Source of the DNA: a virus
Taxonomy: Duplodnaviria > Caudoviricetes
Strand: one strand, 5' to 3'
Length of the DNA: 64,000 nucleotides
IMG/VR virus record: IMGVR_UViG_3300042352_000969
Location: 19,092-83,091 of that record
The translations under genes and the position numbers were made by a program. A model generated the notes under the pieces. That model made no database searches. It saw nothing but the letters and a program-made list of their open reading frames with translations, and had not been told where the DNA came from. Below are positions 46,709 to 55,288 of the stretch, one piece after another; within the stretch, counting starts at the first letter, position 1, and each line of letters starts with the position of its first letter.

Positions 46709-47383
46709 ATGAAAGTAGCGGTGATTTTAACTGGTTATTTAAGAACTTTTAATTTAACACATTATAGTTTTATTGATAATTTTTTAAATCACTATGATTG
46801 CGATGTTTACTGTTCTTCTTGGATAAATCAAGAAAATGGTCACCCAATAGATGAAAATTCTTTTTCATGTTTAAAAAAATATCTTAAATCTTTTAAACTT
46901 AACGATTATAATAAATATCATAATACTAACCCTAGAATAGAAAAATTAGATCGTGCAAATGATGTTTTTGATATAAATCCAAGAGCCAAACAACATGGAT
47001 TATATTGGGGCAATCGTTTATTAGATCAGTGGTATCTTGTAAAAGACGGTTATTTTCAAATAAATAATCCAGAAAAATATGATATTATTTTTCGTTTAAG
47101 ATTCGATTCGCTTATTAACAGCAAAATTATTTTTCAAATTAATAACTATATAAATATACCAAACGATGTTGGCGGTTGGAGTTTTTCAGATCATATGGCA
47201 TACGGTTCTAATATTGTTATGAAAAAATACTGTAATTTATTTGATCATATCCCAAATCTTTATTATAAACAAAATATAGACATAAGTCATGCTGTAGATA
47301 TGCCTAAATATTATATGGAAAAACTCTCGCCATCTATTCCTGTTAACATAGATTCAAATATAAAATATTTAATTTTAAAATGA
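46709..47383 (+). CDS. Glycan-biosynthesis protein, GT-like (start re-assigned to MKVAVIL)
   Basis: MKVAVILTGYLRT, YDIIFRLRFD, FSDHMAYG. Confidence 0.5.
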   Translation: MKVAVILTGYLRTFNLTHYSFIDNFLNHYDCDVYCSSWINQENGHPIDENSFSCLKKYLKSFKLNDYNKYHNTNPRIEKLDRANDVFDINPRAKQHGLYWGNRLLDQWYLVKDGYFQINNPEKYDIIFRLRFDSLINSKIIFQINNYINIPNDVGGWSFSDHMAYGSNIVMKKYCNLFDHIPNLYYKQNIDISHAVDMPKYYMEKLSPSIPVNIDSNIKYLILK

Positions 47384-47985
47384 AAGATATTTATTTTCCA
47401 GGTGTATTACAAAATATTAATAGTGGAGTATTTGTTCAAATAGGCGCATTCAATGGTTGTGACAACGAAGAGTATGGTTTACGAAATAAACTTATTGAAG
47501 AATCTCATACGGCTTTTCTCATCGAACCAATAAAAAATTTTTTTAATGAAATAAAAAACAACTATCAATCTAGTAAATCAAATATCACTACTATTAATTG
47601 CGCTGTTAGCGATAAAGAAGAGTTAAAAACAATTGAAACAAGAGGTCAAGATACATCTTTTGTAAGACAATTTAATGCTAATTATCCTCCAGATAACATA
47701 GAAACTGTTTTATGCAAACCGCTAACGTCTATCTTATCTGAATTTAAAATACAAAATATAGATGTTTTAGTAATCGATGCAGAAGGTTACGAATACAAAA
47801 TTTTAAATTCTTTTTTTGAAAAACCTAATGCAAATATAAAAATTATTCGTTATGAATTTTGGTGGCTTTCGGAATATCAGAAAATTGAGTTAGATTCTCT
47901 TTTAGAACGTAATGGATATGATATTTTTCAAGATGCAAATAGTTATGCTGATAAAATAGCTATACATAAAACTTTTGTATTATGA
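47380..47985 (+). CDS. FkbM-family methyltransferase (second copy)
   Basis: FVQIGAFNG, LIEP, NCAVS, IDVLVIDAEGYEYKIL. Confidence 0.85.
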   Translation: MKDIYFPGVLQNINSGVFVQIGAFNGCDNEEYGLRNKLIEESHTAFLIEPIKNFFNEIKNNYQSSKSNITTINCAVSDKEELKTIETRGQDTSFVRQFNANYPPDNIETVLCKPLTSILSEFKIQNIDVLVIDAEGYEYKILNSFFEKPNANIKIIRYEFWWLSEYQKIELDSLLERNGYDIFQDANSYADKIAIHKTFVL

Positions 47986-48752
47986 AACAAACTATTATTT
48001 TTAGAGGCAGTGTTGTTTTTGATAAACATCCTGATAATTTTTTGAAAGAATCTATAGAAGTTCTTCGTAATTGGTTTGATGGAGAAGTCATTGTATCTAC
48101 ATGGAAAAATCAAAAAGAACATGTAAAAAATATAAAAAATATAGATAAAATTATATTAACTGATGATCCCGGCCCCGGTCCAATTCAACAATTAAATCGT
48201 CAGATTATTTCTTACGAAGCTGGCTTAAATGAAGCGTCTAATGATCTAGTAATGGTAACCAGAACTGATTTTATTCATAAAAAAAATATTTTTCATCATC
48301 TTAACGATAATCCTTTACAACAAAACCAATTTAAGATTTTTAAGAAAAAATTATTAATTGGTAATATGATGTCAATCGATCCAAGCTCTCAAGAAGTACC
48401 AAATACTTTTAGATTAAGCGATTGGTTTCAGGTAGGTTTAAGGGAAGATATTGAAAACTGGGGAAGAATAAAAAATACCATATCTAATATGGATTTATCG
48501 AATTCTGGATGCACTGAAAAAATCTGGATGACAGCAGTGCTTAAAAAAAATAACTATAAAAATATATCACCATCTGATACTTCAGAAATAGATAAAAATT
48601 TTTGGGATATAGTTGTAAATAATTTCATTATCAAAAATACTAAATCTACTCTGCACAGCTATAATATGAATTGGATTAATCAACCAGAAGATTTATATTG
48701 TTATATTTCTGAAGAACTATATAATCAAAAGTATAATAATATTTTAACATGA
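47982..48752 (+). CDS. WavE-like polysaccharide synthesis protein
   Basis: IVSTW, DPG...NRQIISYEAGL, TRTD, RLSDWFQVG...DI. Confidence 0.6.
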   Translation: MKQTIIFRGSVVFDKHPDNFLKESIEVLRNWFDGEVIVSTWKNQKEHVKNIKNIDKIILTDDPGPGPIQQLNRQIISYEAGLNEASNDLVMVTRTDFIHKKNIFHHLNDNPLQQNQFKIFKKKLLIGNMMSIDPSSQEVPNTFRLSDWFQVGLREDIENWGRIKNTISNMDLSNSGCTEKIWMTAVLKKNNYKNISPSDTSEIDKNFWDIVVNNFIIKNTKSTLHSYNMNWINQPEDLYCYISEELYNQKYNNILT

Positions 48753-49624
48753 AAAAAGATTTTTTATTTATAGATTATTCTTGGGTTCCAAATTCTAGGC
48801 TTATTTTTAATAAATTTTCTGAAGAATTTTCAGCGGATATAGTGGATGAATTAAATATATTAACTTTTAATTACGCCGAAGATTATAAGTTTATTGTTTT
48901 ATATTTGCACGAATACGACACAATTCCTTTAACGAACCAAATTATAAAAAGATATCCAAATGCAAAATTAATTCAACACGACGATACCGATTTCGAAGAC
49001 ATTCAAATTTGGTCTGAAAAAAAACCAGATTTAGTTATGCACAGAGAGCTTACGCATAAAAGTAAAAATCCTTGGAATTGCCCAGTTCGCGCTCATCATT
49101 TTCCAATGCCTTCAAAAAATAAGAATATTAAAGAAAAAGATATTGATGTATTTTTTATGGGCTGCATGACTAATCCACGAAGACAGGGACCAGTTAATAA
49201 AATGATTGAATTAGCTAATGGAAAATTAAAACATTTAAATTGGCAATTATTAGTCACCCCAATAAATCAACGAACACCTGATTTATTTGAAGAAATGATA
49301 AATAGATCTAAAATAGGACTTAATTGTTTTGGTAATTCTTTTGATTCTCATCGTATTTGGGAGTTAGCGAGTTGCGGCGTATGCACAATAATGCCCGAAT
49401 CTCCATTAATATCTATTGATAAAAATAATAATTTTTATAATAATTACATTAGATGCAAAGAAGATTTTTCAGATTTGCAAGAAAAAATAGAAATTGCCTT
49501 AGAAAATAATAAATGGAAAGAAATTGGCGCATTAGCTCAAAAAGATTATTACGAAAATCATACTCCAACAGAGTGTTATAAAAAATATAAAAATAATGTA
49601 ATCGAAGTTTTAGGTAAAATATGA
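48749..49624 (+). CDS. Glycosyltransferase (GT-B, CgeB-like C-terminus)
   Basis: IDVFFMG...NPRR, RSKIGLN, SHRIWELASCG. Confidence 0.65.
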   Translation: MKKDFLFIDYSWVPNSRLIFNKFSEEFSADIVDELNILTFNYAEDYKFIVLYLHEYDTIPLTNQIIKRYPNAKLIQHDDTDFEDIQIWSEKKPDLVMHRELTHKSKNPWNCPVRAHHFPMPSKNKNIKEKDIDVFFMGCMTNPRRQGPVNKMIELANGKLKHLNWQLLVTPINQRTPDLFEEMINRSKIGLNCFGNSFDSHRIWELASCGVCTIMPESPLISIDKNNNFYNNYIRCKEDFSDLQEKIEIALENNKWKEIGALAQKDYYENHTPTECYKKYKNNVIEVLGKI

Positions 49625-50061
49625 AATTAATCTCTCATCGTGGAAATATTAAAGGCAGAGAAATAGAAAATGAAAACGATCCACAATACATTTATGAAGC
49701 TTTAGATCTCGGTTTTGACTGCGAAATAGATGTTTGGTTTGAAAATAATCAATTTTATCTAGGCCATGATGAACCTAAATATAAAATAAAAGAAGAGTTT
49801 TTAACTCAAAATCAACTATGGTGCCATGCTAAAAATCTGCAAGCTTTGCATTCAATGTTAGAAAATAAAAATATTCATTGTTTTTGGCACCAATCTGACG
49901 ATTTTACCCTAACCTCCAAAGGATATATATGGACATATCCAAATAAAGAACTTACTAAAAAAAGTATTTGTATGACAAATGAATTCAAAACCAATGATGA
50001 AATTTCAAAATGTTTTGGAGTCTGCTCAGATGAAATATCTAAATATAAAAATTACAAATGA
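49621..50061 (+). CDS. PLC / GDPD-like phosphodiesterase domain protein
   Basis: ISHRGN, ENDPQYI, GFDCEIDVW, LGHD, WCHAKN. Confidence 0.65.
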   Translation: MKLISHRGNIKGREIENENDPQYIYEALDLGFDCEIDVWFENNQFYLGHDEPKYKIKEEFLTQNQLWCHAKNLQALHSMLENKNIHCFWHQSDDFTLTSKGYIWTYPNKELTKKSICMTNEFKTNDEISKCFGVCSDEISKYKNYK

Positions 50062-51008
50062 AAATCTTTATCGCTGGACATAAAGGAATGGTTGGATCAG
50101 CTATTTTAAAAAAATTAGCAAGTAAAACAAACATTGAAATCCACACCGTCGAAAAAAATGTATTAGATTTATTAGATCAAACCAGAGTTTTTGAATATTT
50201 TTGTATTCATAATTTTGATTTAATAATTGATTGTGCAGCTAAGGTTGGCGGCATTCATTCTAACAATACTTATCGCGCCGATTTTATTTATCAAAATTTA
50301 CAAATTCAAAACAATTTAATTCACTCTTCATATCTTTCTAAGGTTAAAAAATTTTTATTTCTTGGAAGTTCTTGTATATATCCAAAATTTTCCGAACAAC
50401 CAATAAAGGAAGAATATCTATTAACTTCTCCACTAGAATACACCAATGAGCCTTATGCAATAGCTAAGATAGCTGGCATAAAAATGTGCGAAAGTTATTA
50501 CAAACAATATGGATGTAACTTTATATCAGTTATGCCAACTAATTTATATGGCCCAAATGATAATTTTCATCCAATAAATTCTCATGTTCTTCCAGCATTA
50601 CTTCATCGTTTTCATTTAGCTAAAGTTAACAATGAACCATTTGTTGAAATTTGGGGAACTGGAAAAGCTAAAAGAGAATTTATGCATGTTGATGATATGG
50701 CTGATGCGTGTTTGCATATAATAAATAATTTAGAAGCGAAAGATCTATACTCTCAAAACATTTCTCAAATAAATATTGGCAGCGGTTTTGAAACAACTAT
50801 TCATGAACTAGCAGAAAAAATATCAATAACAGTCGGTTACGAAGGATTAATAAAATTTGATCTATCTAAACCAGACGGAACCATGAGAAAATTATTAGAT
50901 TGCAGCAGGTTAAAGAAGTTAGGTTATACAGCGAAAATAAAATTAGAAGACGGATTGAAAGATACTTATAATTGGTATTTAAATAATCAAGATAAATTAA
51001 AACTATGA
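50058..51008 (+). CDS. fcl: GDP-L-fucose synthase
   Basis: GHKGMVGSA, AAKVGGIHSN, FLGSSCIYPK, TNEPYAIAK, HVLPAL, REFMHVDDMA. Confidence 0.95.
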   Translation: MKIFIAGHKGMVGSAILKKLASKTNIEIHTVEKNVLDLLDQTRVFEYFCIHNFDLIIDCAAKVGGIHSNNTYRADFIYQNLQIQNNLIHSSYLSKVKKFLFLGSSCIYPKFSEQPIKEEYLLTSPLEYTNEPYAIAKIAGIKMCESYYKQYGCNFISVMPTNLYGPNDNFHPINSHVLPALLHRFHLAKVNNEPFVEIWGTGKAKREFMHVDDMADACLHIINNLEAKDLYSQNISQINIGSGFETTIHELAEKISITVGYEGLIKFDLSKPDGTMRKLLDCSRLKKLGYTAKIKLEDGLKDTYNWYLNNQDKLKL

Positions 51009-52060
51009 AAGTAATAGTAACTGGCATATTAGGTCAAGACGGCGCAAACATGGTTGAGTATCTTCTAAAGAATACTGAAGCCAAAATCTTTGGAATGATT
51101 CGGCGCACATCAAATCCAAATTTTGTAAATTGCAAGAGTTTTATTAAAAACGAAAGGTTTCAATTAGTTTATGGAGATCTTTCAGATAGTGTTAGTTTAG
51201 ATAATCTCGTAAGAGATATTCAGCCTGATTATTTTATTAATTTTGCCGCTCAAAGTTTTGTTGGATGTAGTTGGGAAATTCCGCTTCAAACGTTCGATGC
51301 TAATGCCACTGGAGTCGCTCGATGCTTAGAAGCCGTTCGCCGTTTTCAACCAAAGTGCCGTTTTTACTCTGCTGGATCTAGTGAAGAATTTGGAGATGTG
51401 CAGTACAGTCCACAAGACATTCATCATCCTGTGAGACCCAGAAGTCCATACGGAGCTAGTAAAGCTGCTGCCCGTCATTTAGTGAAGGTTTATCGCGAGT
51501 CTTATAATTTATACGCCGTTCATTCTATTCTTTTTAATCACGAAGGCACAAAGCGCGGGGAAGAATTTGTAACCAGAAAAATTAGCAAAGGCGTTGCTCG
51601 CATATATCATGCTATTAAAAACAATCAATCATTTTCCCCGATTGAACTTGGAAATTTAGACGCGCAAAGAGACTGGTCGGATTCTGAGGATTTTGTCGAT
51701 GGCGTTTGGAAAATAATGAATCAAGAGAAACCAAAAGATTATGTTCTTTCAAGTAACGAAACGCACACAATTAGGGAATTTATTAATAAATCTTTTATTT
51801 GCGCTGGTATAAATGGAGTTTGGCACGGCTTTGGGCAACAAGAAGAAATGAGTGCTTCTACTGAATACGCCATTAAAAATGAAATTCAATCATCAATTTT
51901 AGTTAAAATTAATCCTAAATTTTACAGACCCGCCGAAGTTGAACTTCTTTTGGGAGACTCAACTCCAGCCAGAAAAGAATTAGGTTGGAAACCGAAAATT
52001 TCCTTTGACAACCTCGTAGAACGTATGGTAAAGTATGACATAGAGATTTTTAAAATCTAG
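51005..52060 (+). CDS. gmd: GDP-mannose 4,6-dehydratase
   Basis: TGILGQDG, AAQSFV, SSEEFG, PRSPYGASK, ILFNHE, FVTRKI, LGNLDAQRDW. Confidence 0.95.
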   Translation: MKVIVTGILGQDGANMVEYLLKNTEAKIFGMIRRTSNPNFVNCKSFIKNERFQLVYGDLSDSVSLDNLVRDIQPDYFINFAAQSFVGCSWEIPLQTFDANATGVARCLEAVRRFQPKCRFYSAGSSEEFGDVQYSPQDIHHPVRPRSPYGASKAAARHLVKVYRESYNLYAVHSILFNHEGTKRGEEFVTRKISKGVARIYHAIKNNQSFSPIELGNLDAQRDWSDSEDFVDGVWKIMNQEKPKDYVLSSNETHTIREFINKSFICAGINGVWHGFGQQEEMSASTEYAIKNEIQSSILVKINPKFYRPAEVELLLGDSTPARKELGWKPKISFDNLVERMVKYDIEIFKI

Positions 52061-52068
52061 TGTATAAT
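52060..52068 (+). promoter_or_regulatory. GTGTATAAT, hybrid of the GTGTAA motif and a -10 box, upstream of nrdJ
   Basis: TATAAT at 52063-52068, 10 nt before ATG 52079. Confidence 0.5.
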
Positions 52069-52078
52069 ACTTTTTACC

Positions 52079-54061
52079 ATGAACGATGAATTAAATATTC
52101 TGTCTTCTTCTTTTTTAGCGCAATATAAAAACAAACAACCCAACTGGGGCTTTAGCGGTCTTGGATATATTGTATATAAAAGAACTTATGCTCGCCAAAA
52201 GGAAGATGGAACAACAGAAGAATGGAATGAAACAGTAGAACGTTGTATCAATGGCGCACAGAAAATTGGCGCACAATATACAAAAGAAGAAGCAGAACGT
52301 ATTTATGATTACGTTTTTAATTTAAAATGTAATTTTGCAGGTCGAATGCTTTGGCAACTCGGCACTTCAACTGTAGATCGTTTTGGCGCAAACTCTCTTC
52401 TTAATTGCTGGGCGACAGCAATGCGCGAGCCAAAGGCTTTTTTGTTTCTCTTTGAGAATCTAATGCTTGGTGGCGGTGTAGGTTACAGTATTCGTCGCGA
52501 AGATGTTCACGAACTACCAAAGATTAAGAAAGGTGTAAATGTTATTCATGAAGCAACTAAAGACGCTGATTATATTGTGCCAGATAAACGCGAAGGTTGG
52601 GTTAATCTACTTTCTAAAGTTCTGGATGCTTTTTACGTTACAGGTAAATCGTTTTCGTATTCAACTATCCTCATCAGAGGTTACGGCGAACCAATCAAGG
52701 GCTTTGGCGGAAAAGCTAGTGGTCCACAAATCCTTATTGACGGAATCGATAAAATCACAAAAATATTCCAAGCTCGCGAAGGCAAAAAACTTCGCTCGAT
52801 TGATGTGTTGGATATCTGCAATATTATTGGCAGTGTTGTTGTCGCTGGCAATGTGCGGCGCAGTGCGGAAATCGCTCTAGGCGATCCTGATGATATTCTT
52901 TATCTTCGCGCCAAGAATTGGGGTTCTAGCAACGTCCCAAATTGGCGAGCAATGAGCAACAACACTATCTATGCAGACAGCTATGATCATGTTCTTGAAG
53001 AGGTCTGGAAAAATGGATACGAAATAAATAAAGATTCAGGTTATGCAAATGGTGAGCCTTATGGATTCTTTAATCTTCCTCTTTCTCAAAAATTTGGACG
53101 CATTAAAGATGGGCCAATTTCTGAAAATCTTCTATATCCAACAGATGTAGATAATTGTGAAATGACAAATCCATGCGCTGAAATTAGCCTTGCAAATTAT
53201 GAGTGTTGCAATCTTTCTGAACTTTATTTAAATAACATAACCTCTAAAGAGGAATTAATAGATTGTGCAAAACTTCTTTATAAAACTCAAAAGGCTATTG
53301 CCGCGCTGCCTTTCATACACGAAGAAACTAATCGTATTGTCCACAAGAACATGCGCCTTGGCCTTGGCGTTACTGGTGTGTGCCAGTCTCTTGATAAGCT
53401 TGATTGGCTTGATGATTGTTATGTTGCTCTACGCAATTTTGACAAGTCTTGGAGTAAGCATCGTGGTTGGCCTGAAAGCATTAAGCTTACAACCATCAAA
53501 CCCAGCGGAACATTAAGTTTACTTGGTGGAGCTACTCCCGGTGTTCATCCAGCTTTTAGTGAATATTATATGCGTACAGTACGCATGTCTAGCTCTGACA
53601 GTCTCGTTCAAACATGCAAAGACATGGGTTATCATGTAGAGTTCATTATTAATTTTGATGGAACTGAGAATCGTGATACGGTTGTTGTGTATTTCCCATG
53701 CAAGACTCCTGAAGGATCTATCCTTACAAAGGATATGGATGTCATCAAGCAGCTTGATATGGTTAAAAAGCTACAAACCATTTGGTCAGATAACGCTGTT
53801 TCTGTAACCGCTTATTACAAACCAGAAGAACTTGATTCTCTTAAAGTTTGGCTAAAAGATAATTACGAAAACAATATTAAGAGCGTCAGCTTTCTTTTAT
53901 TCAAGGATCATGGATTCAAACAAGCTCCATATCAAGAAATTGACGAAGCCGCGTATTTAGCAGCCAACGCTAAAGTTAAACCTTTAATTACCATCCTATC
54001 AGGAAACATTGAAATGCTAGATATGACTGAATGTGCCGGTGGTGCATGTCCAATCAGATAA
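52079..54061 (+). CDS. nrdJ: Class II (B12-dependent, monomeric-type) ribonucleotide reductase
   Basis: YKRTYAR, AGRMLWQLG, SLLNC, VVAGNVRRSA, TNPCAEI, ECCNLSE, TTIKPSGT, WSDNAVS, C-terminal ECAGGACP. Confidence 0.95.
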   Translation: MNDELNILSSSFLAQYKNKQPNWGFSGLGYIVYKRTYARQKEDGTTEEWNETVERCINGAQKIGAQYTKEEAERIYDYVFNLKCNFAGRMLWQLGTSTVDRFGANSLLNCWATAMREPKAFLFLFENLMLGGGVGYSIRREDVHELPKIKKGVNVIHEATKDADYIVPDKREGWVNLLSKVLDAFYVTGKSFSYSTILIRGYGEPIKGFGGKASGPQILIDGIDKITKIFQAREGKKLRSIDVLDICNIIGSVVVAGNVRRSAEIALGDPDDILYLRAKNWGSSNVPNWRAMSNNTIYADSYDHVLEEVWKNGYEINKDSGYANGEPYGFFNLPLSQKFGRIKDGPISENLLYPTDVDNCEMTNPCAEISLANYECCNLSELYLNNITSKEELIDCAKLLYKTQKAIAALPFIHEETNRIVHKNMRLGLGVTGVCQSLDKLDWLDDCYVALRNFDKSWSKHRGWPESIKLTTIKPSGTLSLLGGATPGVHPAFSEYYMRTVRMSSSDSLVQTCKDMGYHVEFIINFDGTENRDTVVVYFPCKTPEGSILTKDMDVIKQLDMVKKLQTIWSDNAVSVTAYYKPEELDSLKVWLKDNYENNIKSVSFLLFKDHGFKQAPYQEIDEAAYLAANAKVKPLITILSGNIEMLDMTECAGGACPIR

Positions 54062-54109
54062 AAGTTGAAAAACATTTTCACAAATATAACATAAACTACA
54101 TATACAAAT

Positions 54110-54223
54110 ATGAGCAAGACTACAGCAAAGACAATGACTAAGACCGCCACCGCTTCCGCTAAGGTTGCAAAGCCCACTGGAAAGCCTCCAGTTCCAGCCA
54201 AGCCTCCAGTAAAGAAGAAGTAA
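54110..54223 (+). CDS. 37-aa Lys/Ala/Pro-rich basic mini-protein (absent from the ORF track)
   Basis: MSKTTAKTMTKTATASAKVAKPTGKPPVPAKPPVKKK*; G-free leader; terminator downstream; all 10 Lys codons are AAG. Confidence 0.7.
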   Translation: MSKTTAKTMTKTATASAKVAKPTGKPPVPAKPPVKKK

Positions 54224-54242
54224 TAGTCAATTAAAAACAAAA

Positions 54243-54274
54243 AAAGCCGCTCTAAAAAGCGGCTTTACTTTTTT
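54243..54274 (+). terminator. Intrinsic terminator
   Basis: AAAGCCGC-TCTAAAAA-GCGGCTTT followed by ACTTTTTT. Confidence 0.8.
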
Positions 54275-54292
54275 CTATATATTGTTAAATTA

Positions 54293-54298
54293 GTGTAA
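54293..54298 (+). promoter_or_regulatory. GTGTAA promoter motif, 8 nt upstream of ATG 54307
   Basis: TAGTGTAA-TTTTAAAT-ATG. Confidence 0.7.
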
Positions 54299-54306
54299 TT
54301 TTAAAT

Positions 54307-54774
54307 ATGAATTTAATAGTAGATTTTTCCGAGCTTATTGCAAAAAAAAGACAAGGCCCAAAAAGCTCTGCTCAAACTCCATCGAAGCCAAATGAACGCA
54401 AGAAAGGCTCTAGCGTAAATAAACCGGGGTCTGCTGGCACAACTCCAGACGCTAAAGAGAAAGCTAAAGAAGCATTAAATAAAAAAGACGAAAAGCGATT
54501 AGTCAGTAAAGCTGAAATCACTTTTAGTGAAAAGGTAACTAACGCTTTAAAAGAAAAAGTAAAAAATCATAACGCTAAACATTCTAAAAAAGTAACTCTT
54601 GGACAATTAAAGAAAGTATATCGTAGAGGATCAGGTGCGTTTAGTTCTAGTCATAGACCGGGACAATCAAGAGCGGCTTGGAGTATGGCGCGTGTGAATA
54701 CATTTTTAAGAATGCAAAGCGGCGGTAAAGTTAAAGATTCCTATCGTCGCGCAGATCAAGATATAGCCAACTAA
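54307..54774 (+). CDS. Basic phage protein, putative head-associated / DNA-binding
   Basis: LKKVYRRGSGAFSSSHRPGQSRAAWSMARVNTFL is a motif I associate with large-virus proteins; family name not certain. Confidence 0.5.
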   Translation: MNLIVDFSELIAKKRQGPKSSAQTPSKPNERKKGSSVNKPGSAGTTPDAKEKAKEALNKKDEKRLVSKAEITFSEKVTNALKEKVKNHNAKHSKKVTLGQLKKVYRRGSGAFSSSHRPGQSRAAWSMARVNTFLRMQSGGKVKDSYRRADQDIAN

Positions 54775-54778
54775 CAAC

Positions 54779-54916
54779 ATGAACGATAAAATAGTAGACA
54801 TTTATTCATTTAATGATTTTGAAGAGGCTGATTTTGATGAATCTCTTTCTGATCTTAAGCAATTTGGTGTAAATGAAGATGAATTGAATCTTAATTTTAT
54901 TAACATAGAAGATTAA
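54779..54916 (+). CDS. 45-aa highly acidic mini-protein (absent from the ORF track)
   Basis: MNDKIVDIYSFNDFEEADFDESLSDLKQFGVNEDELNLNFINIED*; exactly fills the gap between its neighbours. Confidence 0.7.
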   Translation: MNDKIVDIYSFNDFEEADFDESLSDLKQFGVNEDELNLNFINIED

Positions 54917-54918
54917 AA

Positions 54919-55284
54919 ATGAACATCGTCACTAAATTACTTACTTATCAAAATCAAGTAAAAATTCTTCATTGGCAAACAACTTCTTTTTCTGAACATA
55001 AAACTCTTGATGGGCTATATGGAAGCCTTTCTGGAAATATTGATGAATTTGTTGAGACTTTTATGGGTAAGTATGGTAGAATAATAGCTCAGATTAATTT
55101 CAATTTAACGTTGGAAAATTATAAAAATATGCCTCCTATGGGTTTAATGCTTGATATGGAAAACTATTTAATAAATGAATTACCAACAATGCTTGATCCA
55201 AAAAAAGACACAGATCTATTAAATATAAGAGATGAAATACTAGCTTCTGTAAATCAAACAAAGTATCTTTTAACCCTAAAGTAA
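54919..55284 (+). CDS. Ferritin / Dps-like four-helix bundle protein
   Basis: LHWQTTSFSEHKTLDGLY...IDEFVETFMGKYGR follows the Dps HW...H...D-x3-E pattern. Confidence 0.65.
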   Translation: MNIVTKLLTYQNQVKILHWQTTSFSEHKTLDGLYGSLSGNIDEFVETFMGKYGRIIAQINFNLTLENYKNMPPMGLMLDMENYLINELPTMLDPKKDTDLLNIRDEILASVNQTKYLLTLK

Positions 55285-55288
55285 AAAA

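Noticed and set aside
41091-52060. Bacterial chromosomal capsule / O-antigen locus, i.e. a prophage boundary or chimeric contig
   Set aside because: There is no wzx, wzy or ABC exporter and no housekeeping gene, and it is flanked by phage-type genes sharing the same promoter motifs and coupling style.
53932-54240. Minus-strand 102-aa hydrophobic ORF
   Set aside because: It is the antisense shadow of the nrdJ end and the Lys-rich mini-gene, and has no promoter or coupling signal.
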